The notes beneath the pieces are model-generated. The model ran no database searches. It was not told where the DNA came from and saw only the letters and a list, made by a program, of their open reading frames with translations. A stretch of DNA of 64,000 bases from an uncultured Planctomycetota bacterium (GTDB lineage Bacteria > Planctomycetota > Planctomycetia > Isosphaerales > Isosphaeraceae), in contig CAVTTN010000002.1 in assembly GCA_963737655.1 (NCBI GenBank), forward strand, positions 672,001 to 736,000, in the 5' to 3' direction. The stretch's first letter is position 1; the number at the start of each line of letters is the position of its first letter. Made by a program: the position numbers and the translations under genes. Shown piece by piece: positions 48,968-59,156 of this stretch.

Positions 48968-50857
48968 CTACGGAGCCTTCCTGACCTGTTTTGTGATCCG
49001 ATGCGCGGTCGCCTTCTTGGCAACAGTTGCGGAGTTGGCCATCGGCAGCACGGGGTGACGGTTGAACTGGAACCGCCCCTGGAAGTCGCCCCCGGGTTGG
49101 GCGTTGCCGGTCGGGAACTTGCCCGTGAATTCGCCGTCGAGCGCCTTGCCCGCGAGGTCGACGATGCCTCCGGAATGGACCACGATCACGTATCGCCCGT
49201 GGCGCAGAGGGCGACCGCCGTTGATCGTCAGCGCCACGGTCCGCGACGTGCCGTCCAATCCCGAGACGCTCACGCCCGTGATCGCGACGGGCTTGTGACC
49301 GAACGATGAGAACGGGCCAAGCACCGCGTAATTCGCCACGGTGGTCAGCGACGCCAGGTCCAGGCCGTTCGGGGCGGAGAACGTGAGGAGCACTTGCCCC
49401 CTGGCGTATTGGACGGTCGCCGCCGTGATCTGGGGCCCGTCGCTACTGACCGGGGTACTGCCCGACGAACCACTTCCGGACGAATCGCTGCCGGACGATC
49501 CGCCGCCGGACGATCCGCCGCCGGACGAACCGCCGCCGGACGAACCGCCGCCGGACGAACCGCCGCCGGACGATCCGCCGCCGGACGATCCGCTGTCGGA
49601 CGATCCCGTGCCGGTGAGGAGGATTCCAACCTCGGCCGGGTTGGTTGTGACGGTCATCAGGTCGGCGAGGCCGTCGCCGTTGAGGTCGCCGGCCGCCAGG
49701 TCGCTCGCGCCATTGAACCCGACGCTGGGGACCGGGATGGGGGCGCTTGTGACGAAATGGCCATCGCCGCTCCCTGGCGCGACGCGGACCTCGTTCAGCG
49801 GATACGTCGGGACCGCCAGATCGATCTTGCCGTCGCCGTTGAAGTCGCCTGCCACCAGCGTGCCCGACGCGGCCCCGAACCCGACGAAGGCGTTGGGAAT
49901 TGCGGCGAACGTGCCGTCGCCGATGCCGCCCAGGACGATCACGCTCCCATCGTCCTGGTTCACGGCCGCCAGGTCGAGCTTGCCGTCGCCGTTGAAATCC
50001 GCCCGGACCAGGCTCGAGGATGCGAAGCCGATCGGGGTCGTCCCGCCCAGGCGGAACGTGCCGTCGCCGTTGCCCAGAAAGGTTTGTTCCGAGGTCGAGT
50101 TGAGCGTGACCCCCGCCAGGTCGAGCTTGCCATCGCCGTTGAAGTCACCGGCCACCAGTCCGGGCGCCACGGCGGTCGAGAGGCCGAGGTCCCCGGCCGA
50201 CCCCGCCGCGTGGAGCGTCCCGTCCCGCTCGCCCAGGAAAGCCAGGACCGGACCGGTCACCGGGCCGATGGGCGGAGGGGAACCGGGTTGGGCGAAGGGC
50301 GGCGGTGGGCCGGACATGAGCTTGGCCCCGTACGCCACGGCGAGGTCCGAGACCCCGTCGCCGTTGAAGTCGCCCGCCACGAGGCGCGTGGGGACGGGGT
50401 AGCTCGGGTCGATCACCCCGAAGCCCGGGGCCGTCGCCCCCAGCTGGAACGTGCCGTCGCCGTTGCCCAGGAACTCGATCACGATCGCGTTGTTGCTCGC
50501 GTCGACCCCCGTCGAGGCCACGTCGAGCTTGCCGTCGCCGTTGAAGTCCCCCACGGCGAGATTCCCGCTCAGGGCGGGCGTGGCCGTGTCAAAGGAGCCG
50601 ATGAACCCGCCCTTGCCGTCCCCCAGCAGGGTCGTGATCACCCCTCCCTGGGCTGATCCGTTGTATTGCGGCGTTTCCGTCACAACGTCGAGCTTGCCGT
50701 CGCCGTTGAAGTCGCCCGTCGCGACCGAATTCGCGCCGGTGGCCACCGGGTAGACCACCGCCGGGCGGAACGCAACCGTCAGGAGCAGACGGGCTTCGAG
50801 CCCGTCGAGGACCGGGCGAACGCTCTGCGGAAGTCGGTTTCGAGGCTTCAGGTTCAT
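48968..50857 (-). CDS. Secreted FG-GAP/VCBS-repeat protein with Gly/Ser linker
   Basis: LEARLLL export motif; seven (G/A)D(F/L)NGDG..D repeats; (SSGGG)n linker; C-terminal DL.G..LDGE...GG.F domain. Confidence 0.9.
   Translation of the reverse strand: MNLKPRNRLPQSVRPVLDGLEARLLLTVAFRPAVVYPVATGANSVATGDFNGDGKLDVVTETPQYNGSAQGGVITTLLGDGKGGFIGSFDTATPALSGNLAVGDFNGDGKLDVASTGVDASNNAIVIEFLGNGDGTFQLGATAPGFGVIDPSYPVPTRLVAGDFNGDGVSDLAVAYGAKLMSGPPPPFAQPGSPPPIGPVTGPVLAFLGERDGTLHAAGSAGDLGLSTAVAPGLVAGDFNGDGKLDLAGVTLNSTSEQTFLGNGDGTFRLGGTTPIGFASSSLVRADFNGDGKLDLAAVNQDDGSVIVLGGIGDGTFAAIPNAFVGFGAASGTLVAGDFNGDGKIDLAVPTYPLNEVRVAPGSGDGHFVTSAPIPVPSVGFNGASDLAAGDLNGDGLADLMTVTTNPAEVGILLTGTGSSDSGSSGGGSSGGGSSGGGSSGGGSSGGGSSGGGSSGSDSSGSGSSGSTPVSSDGPQITAATVQYARGQVLLTFSAPNGLDLASLTTVANYAVLGPFSSFGHKPVAITGVSVSGLDGTSRTVALTINGGRPLRHGRYVIVVHSGGIVDLAGKALDGEFTGKFPTGNAQPGGDFQGRFQFNRHPVLPMANSATVAKKATAHRITKQVRKAP
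49490..49605. repeat. 15-bp coding tandem repeat (SSGGG linker)
   Basis: CCGCCGCCGGACGA(T/A) repeated about 6-7 times. Confidence 0.85.
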
Positions 50858-51010
50858 CAGTACACCCGGTGAAGGAGAGGCGACACGTCACAAAGTCGCC
50901 AATACCCCCAGTATAACACAGACGTGATCGTTATACCACCAAAGCGGGACGCATTGCATGAGCCGCAGGCCCCTTCGGAAGTCCACCGCCCCATCCGATC
51001 GGACGCCGCT

Positions 51011-51934
51011 CTAAGGCGAAGCCACCAAATCCCGACCGCGGCTATACTGCCTCGGAGAGCAGCCCATGACCCTCTTGAACGCCGTGCTGAAGGCGCTCTC
51101 GGATTCGTAGCCGAGCGACCGCGAGATCACCGAAATCGAGTCGCCGGAGTGCTTCAGCCGGTCCCCGGCCAGGAGGATCCTCCAGCGAATCAGGTAGTCG
51201 ATGGGCGTCGAGCCGACGGTCTCCTTGAATCGCTCGGCGAAGGCCGACCTCGACATCCCGACCTTCCCCGCCAGCTCTTGAAGGGTCCAGGGATGGGCGG
51301 GCTCCTCGTGGATCGCGTGGATGGCCACGCTCATCTGCGGGTCCGCCAGGGCGAAGAGCCAACCGACGCTCCCGCTCAGCCCCTCCGCCAGATGCGCACG
51401 CAGGGCCTGGACGAACAGCATGTGGGCCAGGTGCTGGATGACCAGGAAGCCGCCCGGTTGCGGCTCGCGAAGCTCCTGCATCATCCGCTCGATGGACCAG
51501 CGGAGCGCCCGCCTGTCCGCCTCCTTCTTGATGTGGACGATCGGCGGGAGCATGCCCAGGAGGATCCGGGCGTGGTTCTTCTCGAAGTCGAAATACCCCC
51601 CGACGCCGGAGACATCGCCTCCGCCGTTCCAGACGGAGATGCTCCCGTTCAGGGGCTTCTTGTACACCGAGCGGAAGTCGGTCGGCGGCAGGGCGACGTC
51701 GCTCGTCAGCCGGAACGGCCGCCCCAGGGGGAGGAGGAAGCAATCGCCCGACCCGAGGTGCACCGCCTCGGCGACGCCCTCCACGACCAGCCAGCACTGG
51801 CCGGAGACGATCGCATAGCACTTGATCCCGTCGTGCTCGGGGAACTGGAGCGACCAGTCCCCGCCCACGTCGAAGCCGCCGCACATCGAATTCTGCGGCT
51901 TCAGCAGCGAAAGCACGCCCGAGAGCGGGTCCAT
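51011..51934 (-). CDS. AraC-family regulator with cupin domain
   Basis: MDPLSGVL; WTLQELA...MSRSAFA.RF; LGYESESAFS.AFKR. Confidence 0.93.
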   Translation of the reverse strand: MDPLSGVLSLLKPQNSMCGGFDVGGDWSLQFPEHDGIKCYAIVSGQCWLVVEGVAEAVHLGSGDCFLLPLGRPFRLTSDVALPPTDFRSVYKKPLNGSISVWNGGGDVSGVGGYFDFEKNHARILLGMLPPIVHIKKEADRRALRWSIERMMQELREPQPGGFLVIQHLAHMLFVQALRAHLAEGLSGSVGWLFALADPQMSVAIHAIHEEPAHPWTLQELAGKVGMSRSAFAERFKETVGSTPIDYLIRWRILLAGDRLKHSGDSISVISRSLGYESESAFSTAFKRVMGCSPRQYSRGRDLVASP

Positions 51935-52049
51935 CGGACCTCCTGGACGATCTCGAAGAAAGATTGGACTGTAAAGCATAGATCGTCGCGAGCCAAAAGC
52001 CTACCCTTTCGATCGTGGGACCGAAAGTCACATTCCGGGAGGCTTCCTG

Positions 52050-52955
52050 ATGCGTGTTTTCGTCACCGGCGCGACGGGCTTCATCGGCACCGAGGTCGTC
52101 CGCGATCTGATCGAGGCGGGTCATTCGGTGCTCGGCCTCTCCCGTTCGGACAAGGGCGCCGCGGCCCTCTCGGCCGCCGGGGCCGAGGTGCACCGGGGCG
52201 ACCTCGAGGACCTGGCCAGCCTGAGGAGCGGCGCGTCGGCCTCGGACGGGGTGATCCACCTCGGCTTCATCCACGACTTCTCCAGCGTCTCGCGGTTCCA
52301 GGAGGTCTGCGAGGCGGACCGGCGGGCCATCGGGGCGATGGGCGACGCCCTGGCCGGCTCCGACCGCCCCTTCGTCATCACGTCCGGCACCGGGATGGGG
52401 ACCAGGGCGCCGGGCCAGCTCGCGACCGAGGACCACTTCGACCCCCATCACCCGAACCCCCGAGCGGGCTCGGAGATCGCGGCGGAGGCGGTCGCCTCGC
52501 GAGGGGTTCGCGTGACGGTGGTGCGGCTGCCGCAGGTGCACAACACGGAGAAGCAGGGCCTGGTCACGCCCGTGATCGCGGTCGCCCGCGAGAAGGGCGT
52601 CGCGGCGTACGTCGGCGACGGGCTCAACCGCTGGCCCGCGGTCCACTTGCTCGACGCCGCGCCCGTCTATCGGCTGGCGCTGGAGAAGGGGCCGAACCGG
52701 GCGAGGTATCACGCGGTCGCCGAGGAGGGCGTGACGGCCCGGTCGATCGCCGAGGCCATCGGGCGGGGCCTGAAGCTCCCGGTCGAGTCCCTGTCGCCCG
52801 AGCAGGCCGCCGGCCACTTCGGCTGGCTCGGGATGTTCGTCGGTTGGGACATGCCGGCGTCGAGCACCCTGACGCAAGAGAGGCTGGGATGGCACCCGAC
52901 GCAGAAGGCCGGGATGATCGAAGACCTCGACCACATGGACTGGTCAGCGGCCTGA
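52050..52955 (+). CDS. NAD-dependent epimerase/dehydratase (atypical SDR)
   Basis: VFVTGATGFIG; divergent from the AraC regulator. Confidence 0.9.
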   Translation: MRVFVTGATGFIGTEVVRDLIEAGHSVLGLSRSDKGAAALSAAGAEVHRGDLEDLASLRSGASASDGVIHLGFIHDFSSVSRFQEVCEADRRAIGAMGDALAGSDRPFVITSGTGMGTRAPGQLATEDHFDPHHPNPRAGSEIAAEAVASRGVRVTVVRLPQVHNTEKQGLVTPVIAVAREKGVAAYVGDGLNRWPAVHLLDAAPVYRLALEKGPNRARYHAVAEEGVTARSIAEAIGRGLKLPVESLSPEQAAGHFGWLGMFVGWDMPASSTLTQERLGWHPTQKAGMIEDLDHMDWSAA

Positions 52956-53010
52956 GGAAAAAGGTTCCTGACCTGCCCTGCAGCAACCCCCGTTAGAAGT
53001 AGGGAAGCGA

Positions 53011-53114
53011 GTAGGTCCGACTTCAGTCGGGCCTACGAAATGTCTCGTTTTGTAGGCCCGACCGAAGTCGGGTACGCGATTCGAGGCGCGAATCCCGTTC
53101 GAAGTCGGGCCGAC
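53011..53114. repeat. Second GTAG REP-like family
   Basis: GTAGGTCCGACTTCAGTCGGGCCTAC 53011-53036; GTAGGCCCGACCGAAGTCGGG 53052-53072; partial copy 53101-53114. Confidence 0.65.
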
Positions 53115-53187
53115 TCGAGCGACCCCTTCGATCGGGGTCTTCTAAAAAGCATCCCTGACCCCATCTCTGCCGGTCGGTTCGTAGTCG

Positions 53188-54996
53188 CTATTTCTCGCCG
53201 GGGAACTCGACCAGGGTCTGCCTCATGGCCTCGGGCGGCCTGGTCGCGAAGACCCGGCCGCCGAGGTTGTTGAGGATGTGGGCGATCTCGCTGCCGGGCC
53301 GGCCGTCCAGCCAGATCGTCGTCAGGTGGTGGAACTCCACTCCGGGGACGTTGGGCGCCTCGATGGCGGCGTGGGCCTTCACGGGCGCGTCTCGGAAAAA
53401 GCAATAGACACCCACGCCCCAGGCCTCGTGGCGGGTCACGCCGTCGGCGACCTTGTACGAGGCGAAGCCCTCGGTCTTGCCGCTCATCCAGGACTTCTGG
53501 TCGGGCACGTCGTACGGCATCTCCGACTGGTACATGTACACGCGGCCGCCGTTGCCGTTCCAGAGCGTCTGGTATTCCTCGTGGTGCTCGTTGAACAGGC
53601 CGTAGATGGTCACGTCGTCGCCGTCCACCACCAGGCCATTCTTCGTCGGGTTGGTGGTCCACCCGGCGCCGGCGCCGTGGTCCGCCCGCCAGATCCAGAT
53701 CTGGTCCGCCACGACGTGGTGGCTGTTGATCCGAACGCCCACGTCGTTCTTGCCCGCCGCGGGGCCGCCGGTGCGCACCGTCAGGTCATAGAGGAAGGTG
53801 GGATTGGCCGAATGATCGGCCTGGCTGCCCGGGGGGCCGACCTCCAGGAGCGTCGGCGACTTCACCGGGCCGGCGTCGAGGATCAGGCCGGCGACCTTCA
53901 CGCCGTCCACGTCGGCCACCGAGAGGATCGGAAGGCCCTTCGTCGGGATCAGCGAGGGCACGCCGAGGCCGAGGAGGATGGTATCGGCCCGGGTCACGCG
54001 GAGGGTGTCGTCGAGTGAATACACGCCGGGCGTGAACAGGATGTGCTTGCCCCCGGCCATCGCGGCGTTCAACCTCTCGGCCGTCGCCTCGCCCGGACGG
54101 GCGATGTGGAAGCGATCGATGGGGATCGACTCGCCGGGCGTGGGGCCGTCGAGCCAGCTCACGCCCCGGGCATTGGTCTTGAGGGCCGGGACGAACACGC
54201 GGTACTCGCCGGAGCCGTCCAGGAAGAGGTACGGCTTTTCCCGGATCACGGGCGTCCGGTCCACCACGGTGTAGGGCGGGTTCGGGAAGGTGCCGTCGGG
54301 GGTGTTCTCGCAGCCGACGAACACCATGTTCCAGACGGCGTTGCTCCACCCCGACCACTTGCTGTTGCGCGAGAGCCACTGCTGCTGAGAGGCGGGGACG
54401 ACCTTGCCATCGACGACCGAATCGGCCAGGAACCCGCCGCTGGCATAGCCCACGTTCCCCTTCGGGCCCCAGTCGAACAATTGGAGCTCGCCCCGGACGT
54501 GGAGCCTCCGCAAGGGGGCGGCCTGGGAGATCGCGATCCGGGTGATCCCCTTGTTGGTCTTGTAGGGCACGTCGGACGACGGGGTGACGGCGAAGTTCTC
54601 CAGGGTCCGCCAGAAGTTGTTCAGGGCGTTGCCGTCCGGGTCCCACTTGGCATTGACGGTCACCGAGCCGTCGATATGGACGTCGTCGGGGTTCCGACCC
54701 AGGCCGGCCACATGGGTGTAGAAGCCAACATTGAAGTTGACGTCATACTTGCCCGGCTTGAAGAGCAGGGCATAACGTTCGGGGCCGAACTGGTTCTTCT
54801 CCATCTTCGCGAAGACGTCATTCGCGGTTTTCTCAACCTCGGCGGCCGGCATCCGAGGGTCGAAGACGTATACGTTCGGGCCGAAGACGGTGGAATTGGC
54901 CTGAGGAGGATCGCCAAGAGCCACAGCGGGGATCGCCGAGCCCAGGACGGCAACGGCGGGCCAGACCAGGAGAATCGAACGCGCTAGCCAGACCAT
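53188..54996 (-). CDS. Secreted bacterial GH55-like exo-beta-1,3-glucanase
   Basis: Signal peptide; FGPNV.VFDP, RYALLFKPG.Y, NFWR..EN, SQAAPLRR, SQQQW, W.WRADHG, EH..EY and YQSE.PY motifs as recalled for bacterial GH55. Confidence 0.75.
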   Translation of the reverse strand: MVWLARSILLVWPAVAVLGSAIPAVALGDPPQANSTVFGPNVYVFDPRMPAAEVEKTANDVFAKMEKNQFGPERYALLFKPGKYDVNFNVGFYTHVAGLGRNPDDVHIDGSVTVNAKWDPDGNALNNFWRTLENFAVTPSSDVPYKTNKGITRIAISQAAPLRRLHVRGELQLFDWGPKGNVGYASGGFLADSVVDGKVVPASQQQWLSRNSKWSGWSNAVWNMVFVGCENTPDGTFPNPPYTVVDRTPVIREKPYLFLDGSGEYRVFVPALKTNARGVSWLDGPTPGESIPIDRFHIARPGEATAERLNAAMAGGKHILFTPGVYSLDDTLRVTRADTILLGLGVPSLIPTKGLPILSVADVDGVKVAGLILDAGPVKSPTLLEVGPPGSQADHSANPTFLYDLTVRTGGPAAGKNDVGVRINSHHVVADQIWIWRADHGAGAGWTTNPTKNGLVVDGDDVTIYGLFNEHHEEYQTLWNGNGGRVYMYQSEMPYDVPDQKSWMSGKTEGFASYKVADGVTRHEAWGVGVYCFFRDAPVKAHAAIEAPNVPGVEFHHLTTIWLDGRPGSEIAHILNNLGGRVFATRPPEAMRQTLVEFPGEK

Positions 54997-55260
54997 GTTG
55001 TACCCTCGACGAAGGCTCGACGCGGTTTCCCGGGATCCCCGGCGCAGGAACTCCTCTCCGAGAAGGCCCGAACGCGGGACCGCCAGTATAGGGGCCGGGA
55101 GGCCGCCGGGCCATCCCGGGGAAGGAACGGCGACCCCGGACAACCTCCATTGTCCTACTCTTCTTCGAGGGCCCGCGACGGCAATCCATCAGGTCGGATC
55201 GCTCCCGGGGAGCGAACGAGGCCGCTCCGATCGGATCTCGCGACGACGCGGGTTTTGACG

Positions 55261-55425
55261 CTACGCAGATCGGAGGGACAGCAGGTTTTCGAGCGGGACC
55301 TCCTCGTCCTCATCGTTTGCCGGGATGGATTTGACCATGACTATCCCGGGCTGGCGGCCGTCCACCAGGACCTTCCCGGAGGCCTGGACGAGCCTGCGGG
55401 CGTTCCCGAGGACCGACGAGGGCTT
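55261..55425 (-). pseudogene. Headless coding fragment abutting an inverted-repeat element
   Basis: PSSVLGNARRLVQASGKVLVDGRQPGIVMVKSIPANDEDEEVPLENLLSLRSA* with host-like codons; no start codon at its 5' end. Confidence 0.4.
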
Positions 55426-55622
55426 AAGGGGACGTTCCTATTTATCGGCGCGGTCTAATTGGGATTAGGAGGGAGTGCCCTCGTCTAGTAAATTGCCCAG
55501 AATGCCCAATCTACGACAAGAAATAAGAATGTCCCCTTTGCCCTCCGCGTGCTCAAGGGGCGATAAACCGTTCAGTATCGGGGACTTAACGCTAACTTCG
55601 CGGCATTCTAGAACGTCCCCTT
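55426..55622. repeat. MITE/REP-like inverted-repeat element
   Basis: AAGGGGACGTTCCTATTT (55426-55443) versus AAATAAGAATGTCCCCTT (55521-55538); extra AGAACGTCCCCTT at 55610-55622; related copy at 58241-58260. Confidence 0.65.
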
Positions 55623-55680
55623 CTCCCCTTCGAGTGAGGACACGAGGGCGGCCCCTCGTCCCGTTTCTGGGCCCCCTCGA

Positions 55681-56580
55681 TCATTTCATCTTGAGTGGCG
55701 GTGCCACCGGGAGCGGGGCCTTCGAGAACAGCTTGCTCAGGTTCGCCACGCTGGGCTTCGCGCCCTTCTTGAGGAGATCCTCGATCTCGTCCTCGGCCAT
55801 CGCGACGGGTGCCGCGGTCGAGAACTTGTACCTGACATCCTCGGCGAAATATTCGATGTTGTCCGCGTTGTACCAGGCACGCGAGGGACGATTGCTCGCG
55901 AGGTCGAGGCAGTCCGGGGTGCCATAACAGCTAGGACTCGAATTGTCGTGTGTGGAGTGGTCCTCGGTTCCGCATAGATTGTGCGAGAGTTCGTGAACCA
56001 AGGCCCCGCCGACGGTATCCGAGCCTCGGAGATTCATGGTGGATCGCCCATCGAGCCTCTTCTCGAAGAAGAGCTTGCACAACCCGATGCGACGGTCGTT
56101 GGCGTTCGGAAATGACTCGGCGTAGCCCTCGACGTCTCTGGCTATCAGGCGTATACGGGCCGGATTTGGGTAGTCGTTTAGCTCGCCGATCAGGGCGTCG
56201 CTTCCCCGATAGTAGACGGAGATTTCCTGGACGATGTGGCTCTGGATGGCCCCGAGGACGGCTCGCGCTCCTTTCCACCAGTCGGTGACCCGATTCCTTG
56301 GCCCGAACCAGCGGGTCATGAAATCCACGCCTTCGTCGTCGCCGTTGATGATGGCCCCGTTCGCCGCCATGTAGGCCGAGATGATCATGGCCCTCGCTTC
56401 GGCGATGGCGATCTCGACATCGTGATAGAGCAATGAATGGAGCAGATTCCGCGGGCCGCGGTTCGGCCAGTGGATGCCCGCGTAGTTGATCTGGCCGTAG
56501 GCCGCGACCGGGACGACGTGGCCAAATGCCGCCAGGGTCGCCGTGAGCTTGGCGCTGTCCTGTAGCACAGTAGTGGGCAT
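55681..56580 (-). CDS. M35/aspzincin-like zinc metallopeptidase
   Basis: LVHELSH...GTEDH followed by YG...C..LA and NADN.EYF (HExxH+D aspzincin pattern). Confidence 0.75.
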   Translation of the reverse strand: MPTTVLQDSAKLTATLAAFGHVVPVAAYGQINYAGIHWPNRGPRNLLHSLLYHDVEIAIAEARAMIISAYMAANGAIINGDDEGVDFMTRWFGPRNRVTDWWKGARAVLGAIQSHIVQEISVYYRGSDALIGELNDYPNPARIRLIARDVEGYAESFPNANDRRIGLCKLFFEKRLDGRSTMNLRGSDTVGGALVHELSHNLCGTEDHSTHDNSSPSCYGTPDCLDLASNRPSRAWYNADNIEYFAEDVRYKFSTAAPVAMAEDEIEDLLKKGAKPSVANLSKLFSKAPLPVAPPLKMK

Positions 56581-56632
56581 GGATCGTACTCCACGTGTGT
56601 CGGAAGTGAAGGGAGGAGGTTCTCGGCCACCT

Positions 56633-58140
56633 TCATTGGTGGGCGTGGACTTCGGCCCGGAGGGGCAGGAGGAGGGGCTCGGCCGATCAGGTCGCGGGCC
56701 GTGTCGTGCAACTCCCGGAGGTCGCAATTTAGGTCCTCCGCCGTGGTCGCGATGGCCCATCCGAGGGGCCGGTCGGAGCGGTGGCGGGCGAGCAGGGCGA
56801 GGGCGAGGGGGCCCAGCGGCCCGCCCGCGATCAGGCCGCCGGGCCGCGACCAGGCCGTCTTCTCGGGCCGCCAGCCCTCCGGCGTGGGGGCCCGGGTCTC
56901 CAGGAGCCGGAGGTCCGGATTGACGCGCAGACGGGTCGCGAGCAGAGCCTCCTCGCCGTCGCAGCCGTCGAGGAAGTCGCGGAGGCCGAAGCCCAGGAGG
57001 ATCTCGGCTCCCGACCCGTCCGGGCTCGGACGGCCCTCGTCGACGCGAAACCAGTTCGTCCCGGCCGCGCGCCTTCGAAGGGTGATCAGCCCGAAGCCGA
57101 TCCTCTGGATGTTGCTGGCCCTGTAGAAGTCCATCCACCGGGTGAAGCGATACGCGAAGCGGTCGGGGTCGCTCACGCCGGCGTCCTCCAGCCACATGGC
57201 CGCATAGGCGTCGAGCTCGATGTGGTGGGCCCCCAGGACCCAGACGTCGCACTCGGAGTCGGCGAACCAGCCCTCGAGGCGGTCGCGCCAGCCCTGGGCG
57301 GGGCCCTCCGCCCAGTTGCACAGGAACTGCGCGAAGCCGCCCTCGTTCAGCCGCGAGGGCGCCTCGCGCGATCCGCTCGCAGAAGCCGTCGGCCTCGAAC
57401 CCCCCGTCCCGAAAGATCACATCACGCTCGGGAGAGATGACGAACGGCGGGTTGGAGATCACCAGGTCGAACCTTTGATCGGCGACCGGCGCGAATCGGT
57501 CTCCTTCGAGGATCTCGATCGGCGCCGAGGGGTTCAGTTGCGCGTTGAACCTCGCGACGTTCAGGGCCCGGGGGCCGCGGTCGGTCGCGACGACCCGGCG
57601 GCTGTGGGACCTGGCCCTGATGGCCTGAAAACCGCAGCCGGTGCCCAGGTCGAGCGTCGACGAGGAGGCGAACCGGGCGGTCAGGTCGTGCAGCCACATC
57701 GTGGTCTGGCTCAGACCGATCACGAAATCCGCCGCCACCTCGCCGCCATCCCAGGACGCGTCATGGGCGATCGTGATCCCCCGGTAAGTCGCCAGGGCCA
57801 GGCGGCCCCGGACCCGCGACCCGTCCCGGCTCACCAGGCCCACCCGCGCCCAATCCTCTAACGAGGTCGGGGCCATGGCCGCCCTCGCCCGATCCGCCTC
57901 GACCGAGGCCCCGAGGAGGAAGAGCTCGATGAAGATCCCCAGCGGATCGTCTCCGGCGACCCGAGATCGCAGGCGGGCCAGGGCGCCGGCGCCGGCGGAG
58001 AGGGCCCGGGGATACGGACATCCCAGGAAATAGCCGATCCGTGTCTCCTCGAAGCCGGCGCAGTCGAGGGCCTCGCGAATACCCACCACCAGATCCGGGC
58101 AGTCCAGCCGCAGCGGAGTGGGGCCGAGGAGTCGGGCCAT
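56633..58140 (-). CDS. Class I SAM methyltransferase (HemK/MTS-like), apparent frameshifts near 57365 and 56675
   Basis: LDLGTGCGFQA; FDLVISNPPFVISP; continues as ...RLNEGGFAQFLCNW... in another frame. Confidence 0.8.
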
Positions 58141-58544
58141 GAGCCGGCCTCCGAGGGGAGCGAAGCGGGCACGGCGGGGAGAAAGTAGGTGGAGCGGCGA
58201 TGGCCCTCACCCGCCGCGGCCGTCCGACCTGGCAAAGAGAAAAAGGGACCTTCCTATTTTCGCCGGGCCTCCCGGCAAGATAGGGTCCTCCCCCTCGGCG
58301 ACGGGATGCAACGCCGCACCAAGACTAATACCCCGCGAGCGAGGAAAACCTACCCGGCTCCGACGGATTTCTCGCGTCGGCCGGCCCGTCCATTCGCTTG
58401 CGATCGCGCGGCGCGCCCATTAAGATGCAGGGCAGTCAGGAACTTGCAACGCCTTCATTGCCGAATTGTGTGGTTCCGACCGATCGCTCCCCGGACAAGG
58501 CCGGGCGATCCGAGGGCGAGGGCGGCCCGAGGAGGGGATGAGTC

Positions 58545-59147
58545 GTGCTCCGTCTCCACGTCGAGGCGACCAGCGCCAGCCTCCTCGTCCGCCTCCGGGA
58601 ACGGCCGGCGGACGAACGGGCCTGGGCGGAGTTCGTGGCCCGCTACGGGCCTCCGATCCGGGAATACTGCCGGGCCGCCTCGCTCCAGGCGGCTGATGCC
58701 GAGGACGTGACCCAGTCCGTCCTGACCAAGCTCGTCGCCCGCCTGAGGACCTTCCGGTACGACCCGCAGAGGAGCTTCCGCGCCTGGCTCTTCGCGGTCG
58801 CCCGGAGCGTCCTGTGCGACTACCTCGCCGAGCAGAAGGCCCTGCGGGGCAGCGGCGATAGCGCGGTGCTCCGCCTCCTGGACCTGGTCGAGGCCCGCGA
58901 GGACCTGGCCCGTCGCCTCCGGGAGACGTTCGACCACGAGGTCCTGGCCGAGGCCCTGCGGAGGGTCCGCCTGAGGACGCCGGCCCGGCAGTGGGAGGCC
59001 TTCCGGCTGGCCGGCCTGGAAGGGAAACCGGGCGTGGAGGTCTCGGCGCGGCTGGACATGCCCGTGGCCACGGTCTTCACGGCCAAGAGCAAGGTGAGGA
59101 AGGCCGTCCGCGACGAGGTCCGGCGGCTGGGAGGCGACCTGGAGTAG
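58545..59147 (+). CDS. ECF sigma factor (planctomycete kinase-associated type)
   Basis: TSASLLVRLR; AWAEFVARY; DAEDVTQ; SFRAWL; region 4 HTH. Confidence 0.9.
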   Translation: MLRLHVEATSASLLVRLRERPADERAWAEFVARYGPPIREYCRAASLQAADAEDVTQSVLTKLVARLRTFRYDPQRSFRAWLFAVARSVLCDYLAEQKALRGSGDSAVLRLLDLVEAREDLARRLRETFDHEVLAEALRRVRLRTPARQWEAFRLAGLEGKPGVEVSARLDMPVATVFTAKSKVRKAVRDEVRRLGGDLE

Positions 59148-59156
59148 GGACCGGCC

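Noticed and set aside
49490..49605. Tandem repeat near the RT as a CRISPR array or RT template array
   Set aside because: No spacers; it is an in-frame SSGGG linker of the FG-GAP protein
55681..58140. 819-aa methyltransferase-peptidase fusion ORF
   Set aside because: The middle third is out-of-frame low-complexity sequence; two frameshifts join separate genes, and the peptidase has its own GGAG and ATG at 56580
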